Below, in pieces: positions 39,254-51,203 of a stretch of 64,000 bases of DNA. Location: NCBI GenBank assembly GCA_964016885.1, contig OZ024740.1, positions 430,466,001-430,530,000 of the forward strand. The letters are read 5' to 3'. The notes under the pieces were generated by a model. The model was given only the letters and a program-made list of their open reading frames with translations, was not told the DNA's origin and made no database searches. The DNA is from Eledone cirrhosa. Taxonomy: Eukaryota. The position numbers and the translations under genes were made by a program. The first letter of the stretch is position 1; each line of letters begins with the position of its first letter.

Positions 39254-40625
39254 TTAAACATCTACTGACAAAATTTCAAGTCTGCACATAGAAAATTAAA
39301 GTAATTACAAACAAATAAAATTGATAACCCTCTTGAGTATAATTAAGTGAAAATAATGCGAATAGATGAACATGACATTTGACAATTCAATGTGAATGCT
39401 AAAGGGTTAAAGCAAGGAATGCTGTGAAAACATTCCTGGCCAAATTGAATGTCAACGAAAGGAATCTTTGTTGACGGGAATTCTATAATTTTCCTAGTGT
39501 CGCCAATGTTCAAAACATTGTAAGCGATGACCAACTCCAAATTTATACCGCTCACCTCCGTGCACTACAAGACAACATGAGAGAACGGTTTGTCAACCTT
39601 TTGCCGATGGACATCCCAATGTGGATAGCAGATCCCTTCATAGCTAACGTCGACGATTTGGACGTTAAATTTCAAGAAGAATTCATTGAACTCAAGCAGA
39701 TGACATGATCAAAATTAGATTTCCCAAAATGGGTGAACTCCTTTTTGGGATGCAAGAGGAAATTCAGCGTTAATTTCCACACCTACATGCAGAGGCTAAG
39801 AGATTTGCTCTGCCTTTTCCAAGTTCATACTTAGTCGAGAGGAGGTTTGGTGCTGTTTCCAGACTGCACAGTAAGTCTCGCAACCGCTACAATGTAATTA
39901 CACATGGAGATCTCTGGCTACATCTTAAGAAAATTCAGCCTCACATCAAAGAGTTAGCTAGACTCCATGAAGTTCAAGGGTCCCATTGAAATGAGGTCAG
40001 AGTTAAAGTAAGTTAATTTATCCGAAAACTTGGATATGCTATTGTTACAAAGCAAACTAACAATTTTTTTATTTGTAGTTACAGTCTGACTGGACTGGAA
40101 ACCATCTACTACAATTCACTTACTCATTTGTTGTATATATTTTACCATTTACTAATAAATATAAGTCCTACGTGGTCATGAAAACTCTCTTCCGTGGTCT
40201 CTAAGCTCACAAAGCAGAGGGGACATCAAGTTAGATATAAATATTTATTCTGTCCATTTCATTAAAGGGAAAATTGAAAGCCTTGAAATGATATAATTGC
40301 CACTTTCTTCCAGATAAGAGCACTCTTGGGATAGACAGAATTGCTCTTGTATAAATGTTCAAAATAGCTGGTATCACCTGGTGGTAATATATCAAATTCA
40401 ACTGGTCCTTATTCATAAAAAAGAACATTTATGTTCCTTTTTTTTTAAATTTATATATTTCCCTTCAAGGAATGTATTTATACTCGCAGCTGCCTACAAT
40501 GGTATCTTTTGAATATTGTTAATCAATTTTTTAATAATCTACTGATATCAAAATCAGTAGTATATTGAAAAATGGAAAAATGGGGGGGGGGGGGGCGTTT
40601 GGCCTAAATGGGTTGAGAACCTGTG

Positions 40626-41344
40626 ATGTAGAGTATTGTAAAGTTATACTAGATGTAGACTATAGTAAAGTTATATTAGATGTAGAGTATTGTAAAGTTA
40701 TTCTAGATGTAGACTATTATAAAGTTATACTAGATGTAGACTATTGTAAAGTTATATTAGATGTAGACTATTGTAAAGTTATTCTAGATGTAGACTATTG
40801 TAAAGTTATTCTAGATGTAGACTATTGTAAAGTTATATTAGATGTAGACTATTGTAAAGTTATTCTAGATGTAGACTATTGTAAAGTTATATTAGATGTA
40901 GACTATTGTAAAGTTATTCTAGATGTAGACTATTGTAAAGTTATTCTAGATGTAGACTATTGTAAAGTTATATTAGATGTAGACTATTGTAAAGTTATTC
41001 TAGATGTAGACTATTGTAAAGTTATTCTAGATGTAGACTATTGTAAAGTTATACTAGATGTAGACTATTGTAAAGTTATATTAGATGTAGACTATTGTAA
41101 AGTTATTCTAGATGTAGACTATTGTAAAGTTATTCTAGATGTAGACTATTGTAAAGTTATACTAGATGTAGACTATTGTAAAGTTATATTAGATGTAGAC
41201 TATTGTAAAGTTATTCTAGATGTAGACTATTGTAAAGTTATTCTAGATGTAGACTATTGTAAAGTTATTCTAGATGTAGACTATTGTAAAGTTATTCTAG
41301 ATGTAGAGTATTGTAAAGTTATATTAGATGTAGAGTATTGTAAA
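40626..41344. repeat. 27-bp satellite right arm, ~27 copies
   Basis: Same unit as 24035-33346 but dominated by the GACTAT variant; ends ~34 nt before the exon E acceptor. Confidence 0.98.
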
Positions 41345-41356
41345 GATGGACATTAA

Positions 41357-41578
<222 letters not shown>

Positions 41579-41604
41579 TAAATTCTTTAATAATATCTAA
41601 CTTT

Positions 41605-41770
41605 ATCATCACCACCATCACCATCACCACTACTGCTTCCATCACCACCACCATCACTACTACTGCTACCATCATTACCACCATCACCACCACCACTACC
41701 ATCGCCACTATTACCTTACCACCACCACCATCACTGCTACTGCTATCATCGTCACCTCTACCATCACCAT
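41605..41770. repeat. (ACC/ATC/ACT)n low-complexity tract
   Basis: Degenerate trinucleotide repeat just after the exon E donor; possibly the decayed tail of the adjacent old RTE. Confidence 0.8.
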
Positions 41771-41943
41771 ATATCCATGTTTTCATGAGTCAGACAAGTC
41801 CTCTTCAACATGGCCTCTTTCCACTTACTGCATTACTTTATCTCCTTTCTGAATGTCAACATTTTGAGTTGTTCTTTCACTTATGTCTGAGTCTTCCTTG
41901 GTGTACCTCTATCAGATCTTCATACCACTTCTATCCCCAGCAC

Positions 41944-44900
41944 TCATCATCATCATCATCGTTTAACGTCCATGTTCCACGCTTGCATGGGTTTGGACGG
42001 GAGTTTTCCCACTTGAGGCAAGAGTGGTTGTCTTGCTCGCATAGGACTGTCTGGCGGGTTTTCTACAGCTGGATGCCCTTCCTAACACCAACCACATTTA
42101 CAGTGTGGGGCTAGGAGGTTTTTACTGTGTTGCCCACACGGCCACATTACAGCGTGGACTGCCTGGCGTGTTTTCTACAGCTGGATGCCCTTCCTAACAC
42201 CAACCACATTTACAGTGTGGGGCTGGGAGGTTTTTACTGTGTTGCCCACACGGCCACATTACAGCGTGGACTGCCTGGCGTGTTTTCTACAGCTGGATGC
42301 CCTTCCTAACACCAACCACATTTACAGTGTGGGACTGGGAGGTTTTTACTGTGTTGCCTACACGGCCACATTACAGCGTGGACTGTCTGGCGTGTTTTCT
42401 ACAGCTGGATGCCCTTCCTAACACCAACCACATTTACAGTGTGGGACTGGGAGGTTTTTACCGTGTTGCCTACACGGCCACATTACAGCGTGGACTGTTT
42501 TTTTTTTGTCGTGACACCTACACGAACTCATTTGTTTCGGCCTGGATGTTGTGGCACCAACATAACTTTACATTGAAAGGGGTGGGGGATGGTGGGACGG
42601 GGGGGTGTTTTGTTAGAGATGCCTACTGACTGTAGTAGGTTTTACTTTGTATTTCAGGTAAGGCGGGTTTTCTCTATTACTGAGTACCGCCAAAGGTCTC
42701 GGTCCAGTGACATTGTCTTGGAGAGGTGTAAGTGTGTGAGGTCGGAATTTATCAGCTCGTCCCAGGTTTTTTCTGGGTCTGCCTACTCCGTGACTACCAA
42801 CTATCTTTATTGCCCTGCACTTTGCTATACAGCTGTTGTCTTTCATGCGCATCACGTGACCATACCAATGTAGCCTTCTCTCGAGTAAACAACATCTGAT
42901 CCCTCTTATTTCTAATTTTTTCCTTAGTTCGTTTATGCTTTGCCGTTCACGTATATTACTATTACACATCCAGCGGAGCATGCAAGCTTCGTTCCTCTCT
43001 AGTCTGCGTATATCCTCTGCACACAATGCCCAGGTCTCACTGCCATGCAACATTGCTGTTCGTATGCAGGCATCATACAACCTGCCTTTCATTTTTAGGG
43101 AGAACCCTTTAGCGGCTAATAGTGGTATAAGCTCTCTGAACTTTTTCCATCCAGTTCTGACTCTAGCTACTGTACTTTCAGAGCACCCTCCCCCACAGCT
43201 GATTCTTTTACCCAGGTAACGGAAGCTGACCACTATTTCTATACAACTCTCTGCGCAATTGAAGGAGCTAGTATTTTGTGGGCACTTGCTGCTACTTATT
43301 GCACCAGACCACCGGCCACATGTAAAATCTGTGTTCTTAGTTAGCTTACCTGTGATCCCACTACATCTTTTATGCACCCATACTTTCCATTTGGGACATA
43401 AAATGGAGTTTCTACCTACGCCTTTCCTACACACTGAGCATGGCCATTTCCCGGAAGGGACCGCCGCCTTATTTTCTTTCCTACAAACTAGAACTTTAGT
43501 CTTAGCCAGGTTAATTTTAAGGCCTTTTGATTCTAGGCCGTGCTTCCATGTTTGGTATTTCTTCTCTAGCTCGGCCATTGATTCAGCTATGAGCGTTAGA
43601 TCATCTGCGTATAGGAGTTCCCATGGGCAGCCGGTCTTGAACTCCTCTGTTATAGCCTGAAGGGCAATAATAAATAGTAGGGGGCTAAGAACAGAGCCCT
43701 GATGGACACCAACTTTTACGCTAAGCTCTTCACTATATTCGTTGTTAATTCTAACCTTGCTGACTGTTTCTTTATACATGGCTTGTATAGCTCTCACAAG
43801 CCATTCGTCAACACCTAGTTTTCTAAGAGCCCACCAGATAATGGAACGGGGGACTCTGTCGAAGGCTTTCTCCAAGTCGACAAAGGCTAAGTATAGGGGT
43901 TTACTTTTAGCTAGGTACTTCTCCTGTAGTTGTCGTACAATGAAAAGAGCGTCTGTGGTACTTTTGCCTGACACAAACCCGAACTGCATTTCATCTAGAT
44001 CGATTCTCTCTCTGATTAGTTGCACTATTACTTTTTCCGTGACCTTCATGACCTGGTCGATTAATTTAATGCCTCTATAGTTACTCCTATCTAGGGCATC
44101 TCCTTTACCCTTGTAACAGTTAATGATGATGCTGCTACGCCAGTCCTTCGGAACAACCCCATTCTGTATGACTTGGTTTACTATCCGGGTGACCATGGTA
44201 TGTCCCACCGTTCCAGAGGCCCTCAGCATCTCAGCAACTATTTCCGAAGGCCCAGCCGCCTTACCCGTCTTCATATCTTTGATTGCCTTACTTATTATAC
44301 TACCTTCAACTAACACTGCTGGTTCCTCTATTGGATCGATCTGGGGGAGACTATCCTTCTCCCATTTTTTCTCCTCATTTAGTAGCCTCTCGTAGTGACA
44401 CTTCCAAGCGACCTTCTTATCAGCGTCAGTGATGGCGAGTACGCCGTCATCATTTAGTACACCATCATCATTTAGTACACACTTCTCCCCGACAATATCA
44501 CGGTTTTCCTTGACACATTGCCTAGCAATCTTGAACACTTCACGTTTTTGGTCCTCGCGTTGTAGAACATGCTTGAACTTTCTTTCCTCTGCTTCCCTTC
44601 TTGCGAAGTACACTTGTCTCCTAGCTTCCCTCCTGGCCACTTGATAGTCTTCTCTACTTCCCCCATCCCGCCATACTTTCCAAGCCTGCTTTTTGGCCTT
44701 AATCGACTCCTCCACCTTACTGTTCCACCACCATGTTACTCTCCTCCTGCCTATAGGCCTGCTCCGGCCACAGACTTCGTCTGCTGCCATCAGCAGGTTT
44801 GCTTTCAGGAATTCCCACTGTTCCTCTATATTGTACGACTCTAAATGCTCTTCCTTACTGTCGAAAGCATCAAGTAATATGCTTTGAAATTTATTTCTGG

Positions 44901-45003
44901 CTGTGGGGTCCTTTAGCTTCCATATTTTTCTCCTGAGGATAGTCCTCTTCTGCTGTCGAGTACGTCTCGTCCTGACTATGAGGTCGCTAATTATCAGTCT
45001 ATG
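41944..45003 (-). mobile_element. RTE family B, 5'-truncated, with a 112-bp 3' UTR unit repeated four times
   Basis: 725-aa ORF 42613-44790 (RT, frameshift near the C-terminus); (CAT)n at 41944; 3' UTR units start ~42061, 42173, 42285 and 42397. Confidence 0.93.
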
Positions 45004-45600
45004 TCATCATCCATATATAATATGTATCCATACCAGTAAAATGTTCTCTCTTAGACACTGCATTTCATTACTCTCTAGTTTTTTTCTCAATTCATTTTTA
45101 CTTTGTCTTTTAGGCACACTAACATTACACATCCAACAGAGCATGCTCACTTCATTTCTTTCTAACCCTTGTACAACTTCTACATTCAAGGCTTATGTCT
45201 CACCACTATACATTACATATTGGAGGCACATGGCTTAGTGGTTAGAGCATTGGCCTTGCAATCGAAAGGTTGTGAGTTCAATTCTCAGACCGGGTGATGT
45301 GTTGTTTCCTTGAGCAAGACACTTTATTTCACATTGCTCCAGTTTACTCAGCTGTAGAAATGAGATGATACGGACTGGGGTCCCTATCATTCCACTTCAA
45401 AGTGGTCGTGGAAGTGCCACGGCAAAAAAGCACCCAGTACTCTGTAAATGAGGTTGGTGTTAGGAAGGGCATCCAGCTGTAGAAATCAAGCCAGAATCGG
45501 TTCCCGTCCTACCCTTGCAAGCAGGGAAAAGTGGACGTAAAATGATGATGATGATGATATTGTATAAAAGTGTCAAACAATCTATCTTTTGATTGGAGAG
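45004..45600 (-). mobile_element. Old RTE remnant (continues ~41770-41943), interrupted by a SINE
   Basis: The - strand reads LERNEVSMLCWMCN...ELRKKL and RLFDTFIQYVMYSGET; the 41890-41910 part reads RGTPRKT (cf. GRPRKTW). Confidence 0.7.
45222..45558 (+). mobile_element. tRNA-derived CORE-type SINE with RTE-like tail
   Basis: A box TGGCTTAGTGG, B-box-like GAGTTCAATTC, core CCTTGAGCAAGACACTT, tail GGAAGGGCATCCAGCTGTAGAAA...GGACGTAAAA(TGA)n; TSD ATATT(G). Confidence 0.85.
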
Positions 45601-46400
45601 AGATAGTAGCTCCCTGAACTTCTCTCTGGACTCTTCTTCTATATTTTACTTGGAGAGAGAATCCCTTCATTATCAGCAGAGATAGTAGCTCCCTGAACTT
45701 CTCTCTGGACTCTTCTTCTATATTTTACTTGGAGAGAGAATCCCTTCATTATCAGCAGAGATAGTAGCTCCCTGAACTTCTCTCTGGTCTCTTCTTCTAT
45801 ATTTTACTTGGAGAGAGAATCCCTGAACTTCTCTCTGGTCTCTTCTTCTATATTTTACTTGGAGAGAGAATCCCTTCATTATCAGCAGAGATAGTAGCTC
45901 CCTGAACTTCTCTCTGGTCTCTTCTTCTATATTTTACTTGGAGAGAGAATCCCTTCATTATCAGCAGCGATAGTAGCTCCCTGAACTTCTCTCTGGTCTC
46001 TTCTTCTATATTTTACTTGGAGAGAGAATCCCTTCATTATCAGCAGCGATAGTAGCTCCCTGAACTTCTCTCTGGTCTCTTCTTCTATATTTTACTTGGA
46101 GAGAGAATCCCTTCATTGCCAGCAGAGATAGTAGCTCCCTGAACTTCTCTCTGGACTCTTCTTCTATATTTTACTTGGAGAGAGAATCTCTTCATTATCA
46201 GCAGAGATAGTAGCTCCCTGAACTTCTTTCTGGACTCTTCTTCTATATTTTACTTGGAGAGAGAATCTCTTCATTATCAGCAGAGATAGTAGCTCCCTGA
46301 ACTTCTCTCTGGACTCTTCTTCTATATTTTACTTGGAGAGAGAATCCCTTCATTGCCAGCAGAGATAGTAGCTCCCTGAACTTCTCTCTGGACTCTTCTT
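45598..46400. repeat. 79-bp minisatellite, ~10 copies, RTE-derived
   Basis: Unit AGAGATAGTAGCTCCCTGAACTTCTCTCTGGACTCTTCTTCTATATTTTACTTGGAGAGAGAATCCCTTCATTATCAGC. Confidence 0.93.
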
Positions 46401-46957
46401 ATTCCTATTTTAAATTGAATTCATAAAAAGAAGAATCTATTATTTCTTTTGGTGTTGAGACTGCACCCTAGTTTCAATTCCTTGTTGCTATTTTTTTCTA
46501 AGTATTTTCACTACTACCTTTGAGAAATAGGGCTCCCTCTTTACATGAGATAGAAATAGTGATACCTACAGGTTGTCTGTGGGCATGAGACAGTAACTAA
46601 TTGTTAAACACAAACCTTATCTTCCAGGCTGCTATGTTGGGTTTAAGAGTCTAACAGTCTTGCATCAGAAAAATATTTGTTACTGCAAAAACATCAACAG
46701 AAATGAAAAGAAACCTGGCTGTTTGCTTTAGTGACTGATTGGGATCTTTTGGTTAAAACCCTTCTGTTTTAAGTATGGGAGGCTGTTGGATTCAGTGACT
46801 GATGGGGTCTTTTAGTTAAACTTTGCCTGTCATCCATTCAGGATTGATAAAATAAAGTACCAGTCATGTACTAGGGTCAATGTAATCAACTTCGTTCTAC
46901 CCCCAAATTACTGGCCTTCTACCAATGTTAGAATTATTACAATATAAAATATTTTGA

Positions 46958-47218
<261 letters not shown>

Positions 47219-47299
47219 TAACTGGGGGGAGAAGAGATAACACATTCGTCACATTAGTATTGATAAACCTAAGACAATGAACAAATAATAATTTTTTAA

Positions 47300-47484
47300 G
47301 GGGAAACAATGAATTATTTTTTAAAAATAAAAATACAAACGGACACAGAACTCCATAGTTCTTGGCCGTTGAAGTGGACTTTAGGGGTCGAGACTGCCAA
47401 AGTCTACCTCAACAACTGATGACCCTGGAGTTCTGTGTCCATACGTATTTTTATTTTTTTTAAATAACTTTTTACGATTTCCCC
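47300..47484. mobile_element. Fold-back MITE flanked by TTAA (Kolobok-like termini)
   Basis: TTAA|GGGGAAA...AAAAATAAAAATAC..GGACACAGAACTCCA pairs with TGGAGTTCTGTGTCC..GTATTTTTATTTTTT...TTTCCCC|TTAA. Confidence 0.65.
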
Positions 47485-47606
47485 TTAAAAACTTGTTTAG
47501 TCCTCTCTTTATTATTCTACAGCTAGATGTCTTTCTTGATGTCAACTCTGGTTCTACTGCAATAAGGGACTAGTTCCATCAAAAATTCCACACAACAAAC
47601 CACTTT

Positions 47607-50588
47607 CATCATCATCATCACCGTTTTACGTCCGTTCTTCCATGCTAGCATGGGTTAGACGGGTGTCCTGTTGTGGGCAGTGTCTGGTCGGCTGACCATG
47701 CCTTGCTCATACAGGAACTGATCTGGCTTGATTTCTACAGCTGGATGCCCTTCCTAACACCATCTTCATTTACAGTGAGTGCTGGGTGCTTTTTCGTGGC
47801 GCCTACACGTCCACTTTACAGTGTGGGCTGGGTGCTTTTTTGCGGTGGGGTGTGTGGGGGCATACTGTTTATATGCTTCAGCTTGTACCCATGGGAGGTC
47901 GGGTACTCTGTATTACTGCATGACGCCAGAAGTCACGGTCGTGTGTCATTGTCTTTGAGAGGTGTAATTGGATAAGATCGGCTTTTATCACCTCATCCCA
48001 GGTCATCTTGGGTCTCCCCACTCCGCGGTTTCCATCAACTTCTAGTGCTCTGCACCTTTTTATGCAGCTGTCATCCTTCATACGCATCACATGTCCATAC
48101 CAGCGCAACCGCCTCTCCTGCACACAGCATTTGATTCCTCTTATGCTCAGTCTCTCTCTCAATTCATTTATGCTTTGTCGTTCACGTATATTACTGTTAC
48201 ACATCCATCAGAGCATGCAGGCTTCGTTTCTCTCTAATCTACGTAAGTCTTCCACCTTCAACGCCCAGGTCTCACTACCATGCAACATCGCTGTTCGGAT
48301 ACACGCATCATACAGTCTGCCTTTCATTCTGAGGGAAAAGCCTTTTGCAGCTAGCAGTGGTAGTAGTTCCCTAAACTTCTTCCATCCCGTTCTTACCCTA
48401 GTTATTGTACTTTCTGAGCACCCACCTCCGTTGCTAATTCGGTCACCTAGGTAGCAGAAGCTGTCTACTGTTTCTACAGGGCCCTCCCAGAGATTGGTGG
48501 TACTTGTTTCCTGTGGCTGTTTGCTGCTTGCTGTTTCAGCACAGCTGCTGCATGTGAATCCTACATTCTTAATTAAGCTTCCTGAGATCCCGCTACATCT
48601 CTTGTGTACCCATTGTTTGCATTTGGGGCAGAGAATGGAGTTCCTACCTACACCTTTCCTACATACTGAGCAAGGCCATTTCCCTGAGGGGATCTGGGTT
48701 CTGTTTTCTCGTCTACTTACAAGGACCTTAGTCTTTGTCATGTTGACTTTGAGACCCTTTCTTTCTAGTCCCTGCTTCCAGGTTTGGAATTTATTCTCTA
48801 GTTCTACCATAGATTCAGCTATGAGTGCGAGGTCATCAGCATACAGGAGTTCCCATGGGCATCCGGTCTTAAACTCCTCCGTTATTGCCTGCAGGACTAT
48901 GATGAACAGGAGAGGGCTAAGAACAGAGCCCTGGTGGACCCCAACCTGTACGCTAAATTCCTCGCTATACTCATTGCTAATCCTAACTTTGCTAACTGCT
49001 CCCCCTATACATGGCTTGTACCGCTTTCACAAACCATTCATCTACTCCTAGTTTTCTAAGAGCCCACCAGATTACAACACGTGGAACTCTGTCAAAGGCT
49101 TTCTCAAGGTCGACAAATGCCAAGTAGAGTGGCTTACTTTTAGCTAGGTACTTTTCCTGTAATTGCCTCACAAGGAAGAGGGCATCAGTGGTGCCTCTTC
49201 CTGGTACAAACCCAAATTGCATCTCGTCTATTTTCACCCGGTCCCTAATCAGCTGTGCTATAACTCTTTCTGTTACTTTCATGACCTGGTCCATCAACTT
49301 TATACCTCTATAGTTTCCTCTATCTAGTGCATCGCCTTTACCTTTGTAGCAGTTGACAATGATGCTACTGCACCAATCTTTTGGTATGGCTCCTTCTAGT
49401 ATTACCTGGTTAACGATACGTGTGGTTATAGTGTGACCTACAGACCCAGATGCCTTCAGCATCTCGGCAGCTATACCCGATGGACCGGTTGCCTTCCCCA
49501 TCTTCATATCTTTGATTGCCTTACTTACTACGCTGCTGCTCACTTGTACTGCTGGTCCCTCTATAGGGTCTACTTGGGGTAGGGTCTCTTCTTCCCATGC
49601 ATTCTCCTCATTTAGTAATCTATCATAATGACTCTTCCATGCATCTTTCTTCTCAGCACTTGTGAGGGCAAGCTCACCTTTATCATTCCGGATACACTTC
49701 TCTCCAATGACATCACAACTATCTCTGACACACTGCCTCGCAATCTTGAATACCTCCTGTTTCTGGTCCTCACGTTGTAAAACATGCTTGAATCTTCTAT
49801 CCTCTGCTTCCCTCCTAGCTAAGTATACTTGTCGCCTAGCTTCCCTCTTGGTCTCTATGTAATGTACCCTGCTCCCGCCGTTCTTCCATTCTTTCCATGC
49901 CTGTCTCTTGGCCTTAACTGCTTCATCTACCTTATTGTTCCACCACCAAGTCACTCTCCTCCTGCTTGAGGTCTTACTCCAGCCACAGACCTCATCCGTC
50001 GCCTCTAGTAAATTATTTTTTAGGAACTGCCAGTTCTCTTCTACGTTAAATGTCTCTATCTGTTCTTCTTTACTGTCGTAGGCGTTGAGTAAAGTATCTT
50101 TAAATCTGTTACTGGTTGAGGGGACTTTCAGCTTCCAGATCTTTCTTCTCCAGGTTGGCCTCTGTTTCCGGGTTCGTCTAGTTCTGACCGTGAGGTCGCT
50201 GACAACTAAGCTATGTTGGGATGTACATTCCTCACTAGGGAAGGCTTTTGTGTTTACGACCGTCCATCTGTCACGTCCTCTGATGAGGATAAAATCTAAC
50301 TGACTAGAGTGCTCCCCTGATCTATAGGTGATCAGGTGGTTGTCGGGTTTTTTAAAGTTTGTGTTACATATCGACATGTCATTGGCGTCGCAGAATTCTA
50401 GAAGTCTGAATCCTTCCTCATTCCTTGTGCCAACCCCATGGCCTCCATGTACTCTATTGAAGACGTCGCAGTGTTTACCTACGTGTCCGTTAAAATCTCC
50501 TGCGAGGATTAGGAAGTCCTTGTCGTCTGTTAGAGCAGTAGTGTGTATTAGGGACTCGTAAAACCTATCCTTAAGTTCGTCTGGCAGC
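47607..50588 (-). mobile_element. RTE family A, 5'-truncated, disrupted
   Basis: Near-identical reverse complement of ~18593-21600; frameshift near 49000, stop near 48208; (CAT)n tail; possible short TSD (C)TTT. Confidence 0.95.
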
Positions 50589-50749
50589 TTTGTGACACAT
50601 AATAACTACCTACTACATAAACTGTAACAATGGAATAATAAACACACACACATACATACACACACTCACATACATATAGATACATAAATCAATATATACT
50701 TACATGCTGTTGGTTACAATGAAGACTGGTTCAGTTGATTCAAACAACG

Positions 50750-51010
50750 AAACAGCCAGCTTGTGAAATTAATGTAAAAGTGGCTGAGCATTCCACAAAA
50801 GAGTACCCTTAATGTAATTCTCAGGGAGATTCAGTGTGACAGAATGTGACAAGGCTGGCTCTTCAAATTACAGGTACAACCCACTTTTGCCAGCTGAGTA
50901 GACTGGAACCATGTGAAATAAAGTGTCTTGCTCAAGAACACAACATGCCGCCAGGAATCGAACTCGTGACCTTACAATCATGAGCCAAATACCTTAACCA
51001 CTAGGCTACA
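50750..51010 (-). mobile_element. Degenerate tRNA/CORE SINE, with a second head-to-head + copy at ~51043-51180
   Basis: AAAGTGTCTTGCTCAAG core and GGAATCGAACTC...TAACCACTAGGC tRNA head on the - strand. Confidence 0.65.
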
Positions 51011-51203
51011 CACATACACATATATATACACATATACATAAGCATGTGGCTTGGTGATTAGGGTGTTAGGCTGACAATTGTATGGTCAGGAGATTGATTC
51101 CCAGGGTGGGTGGTGTGTTGTGTCTTTAAGACATTTATTGTCATGTTGCACTAGTTGACTGAACTGAAAACAATGAGTATTAGTCTTTGTCTTTCACACC
51201 ATT

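Larger units (their letters stand above)
35388..39406 (+). mobile_element. Non-autonomous deleted piggyBac (outer copy), interrupted at its internal TTAA 36687-36690
   Basis: TTAA at 35384-35387 and 39407-39410; TIR CCCTTTAGCATTCA at both ends; frameshifted partial transposase 35617-36314; right end resumes at 39258. Confidence 0.93.
34908..39989 (+). pseudogene. hAT transposase pseudogene (SCAND3/ZBED/Buster-like), split by a piggyBac insertion at 35384-39410
   Basis: SCATDDARAM, VHCVIHRQHL, LLLHT|RWLSKG (frameshift), LQGKKITLL; resumes after 39410 (KARNAVKTFLAKL), then FPSSYLVERRF, GDL and the terminal VQGSH*. Confidence 0.88.
33347..40625 (+). mobile_element. Degenerate hAT (Buster/Charlie-type) DNA transposon inserted in the 27-bp satellite
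   Basis: Left TIR CAAAGGTTCTCAAC (33087; second copy AAAAGGTTCCCAAC at 33347), right TIR GTTGAGAACCTGTG ending 40625; 8-bp TSD ATGTAGAG at 33079-33086 and 40626-40633; transposase remnants inside. Confidence 0.85.

Noticed and set aside
45222-45295. tRNA gene
   Set aside because: The A/B boxes continue into a SINE core and LINE-like tail, and no convincing cloverleaf forms.
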